A DNA stretch of 64,000 bases from Octopus vulgaris (lineage: Eukaryota). Both the position numbers and the translations under genes were made by a program. Positions 55,786-64,000 of the stretch are shown here, piece by piece; position 1 is the first letter of the stretch, and the number at the start of each line of letters is the position of its first letter. The notes below the pieces were generated by a model. It was not told the DNA's origin, searched no databases, and saw only the letters and a list, made by a program, of their open reading frames with translations. The stretch covers positions 31,930,001-31,994,000 of the forward strand of contig OX597821.1 of assembly GCA_951406725.2 (NCBI GenBank). The letters are read 5' to 3'.

Positions 55786-56968
55786 CTACCGCTTTTACTT
55801 TCCTTCTGTGAGCCGCTTATTAATAGTTTGCCTGTACCACGTCCTCGTGTTGTTTTTTCTTGTCGTTTTTCTTGTTTTTTTGTTTGTTTTAATTATATAC
55901 ATATCACAATTAGGAACACTTCGTAATGGAATGCTTAAGAATTTGGCTTACACAGTTACACATCTCAAAACATGGGCAACCGTGTAGTATAGTTATCAAA
56001 TATTCTTTGCCAGAGCTTCGTGTTGGAAAAAGCGAAACCTCCGGAAGGATCTTCAGTTGTGGAAAATAATACAACTGCCATCGGATAGATTTTACTTTTG
56101 ATTCAGAATTACGTTGCTGCCGTACAGATGCTAATGATGATTGAATGTTGCGTAGAATATTATAATATCCAATGAGTACTTCTATATGTTGGCTGATGCA
56201 ATGAATAATGGTAGTTCAAACCGAGACCAAACGATTTACGTTTTTATTGCTGTCATCTTCTTTATTTCTTTTCAAAATATAACCCTCCACTTTATAGCAC
56301 TCGTGAGATTGCTGCATTACTTGTAAGTAGCATATATATACATAGTGATTGACACACAGTTGTACACATGTATGTGCGTGTGTGTGCGTGTGTCTATGTG
56401 TATTACGTGTATGTATATATATATATATAGAGAGAGAGAGATAGGTATACATATATAGATATCGATATCCACACACATACAAATGTATATATATATATAT
56501 GCATACTTTCATATATACATGCATATATCTATATATATATGTACATATATATATATATTTATGTGTGTGTATATATATATATACATATATATATACCGGC
56601 ACACATACATATATCCATGTGTACACAATATTTAGGTTTATATACCTACACACACCAGCACCTACACACACATCTCCCAACAATTACTAACGATTTTGGG
56701 TTCAGAATTTTTATAAGGGTATAGATGTTAATAACAACTAAACTTACATCTTATGGAGTTATACATATGCGATATATAGTTTATATCCCATATCTCATAT
56801 CTATTTCACACATAAATTGTGTGTCCCATATAAATATATGATATGTTACGAATAATGATAGCAGCAATAATCAGTACTGTAATGAAAAAATATGTCTATA
56901 AGAAAACGCAGGTACTGTCCATTAATAGTCGAAAACTATTAAGATCGTAGTAGAATATTTAAAAAGAA

Positions 56969-57419
56969 GCATCTTTTCGGTTTGAACGGCAGTTTTATCT
57001 AGCGGTGTCATATGAAATTGTCACCCATAATTATGATCCTAGTATCGATCTATTGCATTTCGATCTATTTTAGGGTTAGGGTTAGAGTTAGTGTTAGTTA
57101 ATGTTAGTTAGGGTTAGGGTTAGGGGTGGGGGAAGGTATCTTTTTTTCACAAATGTAAATAAACACAATCTGTTTCTTAAACGAGGGACATATTTATACG
57201 GCACAGAATGTGTTTTTACCTCAATAGACGTATTTGATTAGTTGAAATTGTAGAAATTGCAGAAAAAGACCAACAAATATATTACAAACTATAAAATTTT
57301 CTCAATAAATCCAAGAGAAAAAGATGTTTTATAAACACATTCTACCAGTATACAAAGTTTAAAATTTCTTAGTCATCTAGAAATTATGTTAAAAACTGCC
57401 GTTTAAACCGAAAAGACCC
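56969..57419. mobile_element. MITE, second copy, with a TTAGGG-like tract
   Basis: TIRs gcatcttttcggtttgaacggcagtttt / aaaactgccgtttaaaccgaaaagaccc; flanks aaaaagaa / aacaagaa; ttagggttagggttagagttagtg... at 57070-57125. Confidence 0.9.
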
Positions 57420-58974
57420 AACAAGAAAAAAACATTTTGAATTTCAAATTTGAAAGTTTTCGCATTTTAAGTGTAAATATTACAGTGCAATGTTCAGAAT
57501 TCACATTTAATATGTAAGTGATAAAATAAGAAAAACATTTTAGCCGAATTTAATTAAGAACACATAATATATCGGATTTTACATCGTTATATTGGGAAAT
57601 ATGAGATAATACAAACACTTGAGACAGGTAAAGTTTTAGGGTTATACAAGGCGTCGAACACCGAAATACAATCTTGAAAAAAAACAAGGTAAATTTTTGA
57701 AGAATAGAGTACATGACATAATATTGCAGGGAGACAACACATGGCTAATTAGGCTCTGGTACAGGATATAATCATTAAAAATGTCTAGTAGTAACGTTAA
57801 ATAAAAGTATAGGAAATATTCATAGACAATGTGTTAAAACAATGCTGGAGACTTTTTTGTTAGTAATTGTAATAGCATATCAATTAACTGTGATATATTT
57901 TGTAAAGTGCTTAGTAATCGTCATATTTCATAGAAAATGTTGGGTTGCCACGTATTATTGGAGTATGTGAAAGCCTTACGCTGAATTTTATTTTAATATC
58001 AACCAATACTATATAAGGATATTGAATTCATTGTAAAATATTAAAGGAAAACAATTATTTCACATATGTTAAGCACTCAAATTAAATCTTGTACAAACCT
58101 TTTACTGGAGATTTAGCAGTCACTGTTTTAAGTGATCGAACATAAAATTGTTCATATTCTGATGGCAACTATTAAATGTGTTGAGCAAAGTATTGATTTT
58201 ATGAAAGAGTAGAAAAGAAAAATTCTTATCTATGACACATAAAGAAAAAAAAATGATGTAGAAATTAATTTACCAAAAATAAAAATAAATCTAAAATATC
58301 CTATCCAATTGTTCAACACTCATTTATATTTCTACAAACATATCCTTAAGACTATGTTAACCGTACTATTCAAAGAATTTTCTTGTAGTAAGAATATATA
58401 TTAAGAATTACATAACAGTAGATTTAGTCATGTTATCCGAATATAAAACTTTCTCGTGATATAGAGTAACGGACATTGGTGAATACTTTATTAAAAAAAA
58501 ATATTTATAGACATTAAAACGAATCTCGAAACATTTCCCCTATTCACCCCCACCACAACGAAAAACTGTTTCCTTCTGTCCTAAATTAGTTGCAGACCGC
58601 CGTTCTACCTCAGTAAATCTGATCGGAGAGAAACCATTTTAATAAACAGCCAAATTGAACGCAATTTTTCATGTGGTTTCAATCTTTATATCACTTACTT
58701 TTGACAAGGTGAATAAATGAACGCCATAATATTTTCTATCTTTTTTTTTTTAATTTCGTTTGTGTTTTGTTTCGTTCCTATTTTCTGATATTTTTTCTAC
58801 CATTTTATAAAATACTTGATTTTCGTATTCTTTTTTTCATCCATCAAAGTTCTGTTTTGTTTTGTTTTGTTTTCACCATTTTGCTTTTATGTTGTCAGTT
58901 TCTTGTTAATTATTAGTGCAATATATTACTTTTATAACCGTGTCTTAAATAATCACAGAAATCTGTTTTCCTCA

Positions 58975-58975
<1 letters not shown>

Positions 58976-59045
<70 letters not shown>

Positions 59046-59247
59046 GTAATAATAATAATAATGATGATGATGATGATGATAACAATAATAATAATGATGA
59101 TGATAATAATAACAACAACAACAACAACAATAATAATAATAACAACAACAACAGTGATGATTATGATAATAGAAAAAACAAAAACAACAACATCACGACC
59201 ACCACCGCAACCAAAAAACAACGACAACAGCAACAACAAAGATAATG

Positions 59248-59339
<92 letters not shown>

Positions 59340-59780
59340 CGGAATAAACAACAATAACTGCGATGGTGAAGAAAAGCGACGAGGAAAATTATAACCTGGG
59401 GTAGGGGGAGGAAGAGAAGGCGGAGAAAGAGAAAGATAAAGATAAAGACGGGGGATGGGAAGAAGAAGGGTGAAGGAAGGGAAGAAGAGGTGGAAGAGGA
59501 GGAAGAAGAGGAGGAGAAAGTGGAGGTGGTGGAAGAGTAGGAGGAAGAGGTTGAAGAGTGGGGAGAAAATGGAGCAGGCACAGGAGAAGTGGAGGATGTA
59601 GAAGAAGAAGACGAAGAAGACGTAGAAGACGAAGAAGAAGTAGAAGAAGAAGAAGAAGAAGAAGAAGAAGAAGAAGAAGAAGACGTAGAAGAAGAAGAAG
59701 AAGAAGAAGAAGAAGAAGAAGAAGAAGAAGAAGAAGACGTAGAAGACGAAGAATAATAATAAGAAGAAGAAGAAGACGAA

Positions 59781-59827
<47 letters not shown>

Positions 59828-60045
59828 AGATGACGTAGATGCAGAAGAATAATAAGGAAGCAGTACAAGGAATCAAGTACCGAAAATGTAAGAGAAAGCA
59901 TGCTAGTGGAAGTGACTGTGGTGGTTTTGGTGGTGCTGTTTTGTTTCGTTTTGTTGGTTGTGATGCTAGTTTTAATGATTATAACGAAGCTGAGGAGGTA
60001 AATTATGAGGAGGAAAAGAAGAAGAAGGAGGAGGAGGAGGAGGAT
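58976..60045. repeat. Compound (AAT)/(GAT)/(AAC)/(GGA)/(GAA) trinucleotide block
   Basis: Direct reading; (GAA)n at 59600-59830. Confidence 0.95.
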
Positions 60046-60774
60046 AGGACTCATTTACTACGACATCGGTGATCGCCGATGTAAAAGATGATAATAAAGA
60101 CACTATCAAGGGCAATGCTGTTGTGAGCAATAAATGCGGCAGGACGTAAGGCAATCCATAAATATCGCAAATCAAACAGGAAAGATGATTATTGTGTGGG
60201 TGTAGATATGAAAGATACGAAGAAACGAACAAATAAGACAAAGAAAAATATATAGATGAAAAGCATGGAGTATGGAGGATCAAAGCCTTGTTCCCACAAA
60301 ATACAAAATATTATAGAAATAAAACAAGAAATTGCCTTTTACTTTTATATAAGGATATTAAAATTGAAAAGATAAGAAACAGTTATTTTCATTTCTGCTT
60401 GTGTAGTTTTCTGTTACTCTATTGAATTTTTCCAAAAGAGAATTTCGACAAAATCCTGAATACACTCCGAAATCAAATTACTTTTTGTAGGATAATTCGC
60501 CATATATCATTCGAATGTGGCTACTAAAATGAGCATTTTATTATGTTAGTGTTGATGTAGTTGTTTATACATTTATATTTTAGATGTGCGAGTAGCTGCT
60601 TTTCTTTCCATTTGAAACTGCAAGCCGGTCTATAATTCATCATAGCGTTTTTTCTTCATTTTCTTTCTCCGAAATTTAATTTCGTCAGTCTGACAGAAAA
60701 TAACATTTCAATATCGAGTACAAATACATTAAATATGGTTCGTATTCAGTTTTATAAATGAAAGAACGTAACAA

Positions 60775-60847
60775 TTATATATATATATATATATATACAC
60801 ACATGATTATATGGATATGTATATATATGTATGTATGTATCTATCTC

Positions 60848-60878
<31 letters not shown>

Positions 60879-60938
60879 AGATTAGATATATATATATGGA
60901 TATGTATGGGCGATTGCATGGATATATACATATATGTG

Positions 60939-61025
<87 letters not shown>

Positions 61026-61026
61026 G

Positions 61027-61076
<50 letters not shown>

Positions 61077-61801
61077 CGTGTGTGTGTGTGCATGTATATG
61101 TATATTCTTTGAAACAAAAAACGAATGTGTAGTAGTAAATTACAAAGTGAAATTTATTTTGAGATTTATGCATATATAATTTGTTTTATTTTTTATTGAA
61201 TGTGTTGCAATGAGTTAGCATTTGCCTATGTATGCTTTTCTGAAGATATATATTTATGTATGCATAGAGGAATTTACTTACAGGGTGTTTTATACGTGGC
61301 TGTCAATCTGTTTGTTTCACAAGACTTATAAACAAAAATAATTTACATGAACAAAATAAATGTATTATAAATTATCTAAAGCAATAGAAATTAACAGAAA
61401 GTAACTATATATAGTGAAGAAGGAACGGGAATATCGCATATATTTAAGACACATCTTTTTACTTGAAATATGGTGTTATAGCTTGCAAATTCAATAAACG
61501 CATACATATTGAGTGACATATTTACAGATATGTGTAGAGTAAGAAGAACGTGATGCGCTTCATGCACACATGCACATACACCGACACACACATACTCATA
61601 TATGTGTATATATATATACATATATCTCTGTGTACTTGAATGTATGTAGCTATCTATGCATATATATATATATATATATGTGTGTGTATAAATGTATATG
61701 CATACATACAGAACACACACACATATATGTATTTATATGTGTGTATATATATGTATATACATACATACATGTATATTTATATATATAGTGATATGTGTGT
61801 G

Positions 61802-61837
<36 letters not shown>

Positions 61838-61877
61838 CGCATATATATGTAGGTATATATATATATATATACGCATA

Positions 61878-61924
<47 letters not shown>

Positions 61925-61950
61925 GCATATATATGTATGTATATATATAT
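60775..61950. repeat. Two (TA)/(TG) compound microsatellite fields
   Basis: Direct reading (60775-61100 and 61600-61950). Confidence 0.9.
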
Positions 61951-62047
61951 AGTGAGAATTTACAAGAAAACAAAAGACGAAGACGGGGGTGTAAACAACA
62001 AACAGATGTATGAGTTTAACGTTCGGGAAGTGAGAAAGCCTTGTACG

Positions 62048-62846
62048 TTACCATATAATTTTTTTCCCAGTACGCACGCTACTCGAAAAAAGTTCGACAG
62101 AAATCTCTAAAAAATTCCATTATTACCATATCGGACCGATTTCAGGGTTAGTTCAAAAAGAACCCACCTTTTCGAGTAGCGTGCGTACTGGGGAAAAAAT
62201 TACATGTTAAATGGACAATATGTCCAATATTTCGGCATATTTGGCATTAGAAATTTTTTCGTTTGCCCTTCTTTATAAGTGGTTTAAAATTTAACCTTTA
62301 AAGGTATTTTTTAATATGCTGGCCATTGATAAAATTTTTTTTCGAAAACATTTTATCCTACATCAGATATATATTTAATAGTGTTCACTTCCGGACTCTC
62401 CCACTCTGTGAGTGCCTCAGTTCAAATCGCACGTATCTTCAATGGGCTGGAGTATTTCTATTTTGGATTTATTTTGGGTACTTAGTTGTGCTCATGACTT
62501 AGTGTTTGCTTCTTCCATGGGTATGAGTAGGTATCGCATTTACTTCTTTGCCACATGTATCACTGATGAAGGGAGGGTTCTTTTTGAACTAACCCTGAAA
62601 TCGGTCCGATATGGTAATAATGGAATTTTTTAGACATTTCTGTCGACCTTTTTTCGAGTAGCGTGCGTACTGGGAAAATTATTATATGGTAAATGGACAA
62701 TATGTCCATTTCTTTTCGGCATATTTGGCATTAGAAATGTTTTCGTTTGCCCTTATTTATAAGTTGTTTATAATTTAACCTTTAAAGGTATTTTTTAATA
62801 TGCTGGCCATTCATAAACATTTTTTTCGAAAAAATTTATCCTACAT

Positions 62847-62855
<9 letters not shown>
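62048..62855 (+). mobile_element. Penelope-like pseudo-LTR structure: inverted partial copy plus direct repeats
   Basis: 62048-62165 is the reverse complement of 62575-62692; 62169-62370 directly repeats 62651-62855; ends in (TA)n; contains a hammerhead. Confidence 0.8.
62558..62611 (+). ncRNA. Minimal type I hammerhead ribozyme motif
   Basis: TATCA-CTGATGA-AGGGAGGGTTC ttttt GAACTAACCCT-GAAA TCG GTC-CGATA; canonical core and GUC triplet; one mismatch in stem I next to the cleavage site. Confidence 0.78.
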
Positions 62856-62910
<55 letters not shown>

Positions 62911-64000
62911 GAGTATAAATTATTAATTTAAATAATGTTTTAAATTTTAACTTTAAATTTAAATAATTTAAATTTTGAATTTTATATTTTATAAATTTTT
63001 CATAAATTAATTTTATTTCTATGTATTGGTTTATAATTTTCACTGTTTGATTTGCCTAAATGTGGTTTTATCTCTAATTTAATCTATATATATATATATA
63101 TATTTATATATATACATATGCGTCTGTCTTTGTATATGTTTATCTGTGTGTGTTTGTGTATAAAAAATATGTGAGATAGAAAATGGAATTCAGGAAACTC
63201 TTTATTCAGAACCATTGCCCACGTTTTTAATCGTACTTTGTAAGTAAGATGATGCAGAAACAATTGTCATGCACCGAAAACGCAGACGCGTCTCCTCTGG
63301 AAACTTTTCACGCAGTACCTCTTTTTTGCTTGCCGTGTTGCTTTTGTCTATAGCAATAAATTTTGGTTTTAGTTTAATATATCATCCGCTTCCTTAAGGA
63401 AATAAGATACAGATATGTATATACACATGCATATATGCATGTACGTATGTGTGTATGTATTCACCGATATCATTGAATACGTCGCCCCACTTATGAACCA
63501 AGGATGTTCCATTGGCATGGGAGATTAATATATGGATGCCAATTTGTTAGCAAACTCCTGAATTCAACACATCATAGTTATATAAGGATACATACATATA
63601 TACATATGTAGATATGTATATAGATACAAATATACATACACACAAACACGCATATATATGTGTGTTTCTGCATGTATTCATAGGAAGTCATTCATATATT
63701 CATACATGCATTATATGCACGTATATGATGGCGTCTCCCTATGTATATATATATAACAATATATTGTTAGAGATAGAAACACCCACAACTTCATCAACTC
63801 CAAATGATATTTTCTCAACCTAGCCCAAAATTGTTAAATAATATACTTACTACTTATATTCAAAATCCCCAAATTTTCCATATTACGGACTACACGTGTT
63901 TCATGAGGGCACGTATTGTATTGTTAAGACACAAAGTTTGATTCAAAAACTCATTATGTTTACGCACTCCAAATCGTCAGGTCTACTCCCTCATATTTAT

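Noticed and set aside
57070-57125. Telomere or chromosome-fusion relic
   Set aside because: It is a short degenerate tract lying inside a MITE that has a second copy in the window.

Overview
AT-rich, microsatellite-dense eukaryotic intergenic or intronic DNA. The repeat families look like those of a coleoid cephalopod (Octopus-like); this is an inference from recalled repeat sequences, not a database result. No host gene, rRNA, functional tRNA or CRISPR array is supported, and most ORFs in the supplied track are microsatellite translations. The window is a mosaic of transposable elements. DNA transposons: two Hsmar1/cecropia-type mariners, plus degenerate mariner, rosa-like, maT-like, Tc1 and hAT(m)-like remnants. 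Retroelements: a same-strand cluster of R4/Dong-like RLE LINEs in (TAA)n at 7.8-16.3 kb, two abundant tRNA-derived SINE families and an RTE-like 5' end. There is also a MITE carrying TTAGGG-like repeats. The most notable signal is a set of short, non-coding, often fold-back elements from several unrelated families that carry minimal type I hammerhead ribozyme motifs of the kind known from Penelope-like elements (PLEs). Two motifs look nearly intact (37790-37831 minus, 62558-62611 plus). One family joins a tRNA-like Pol III head to a hammerhead-bearing tail in head-to-head inverted form (54334-55028).
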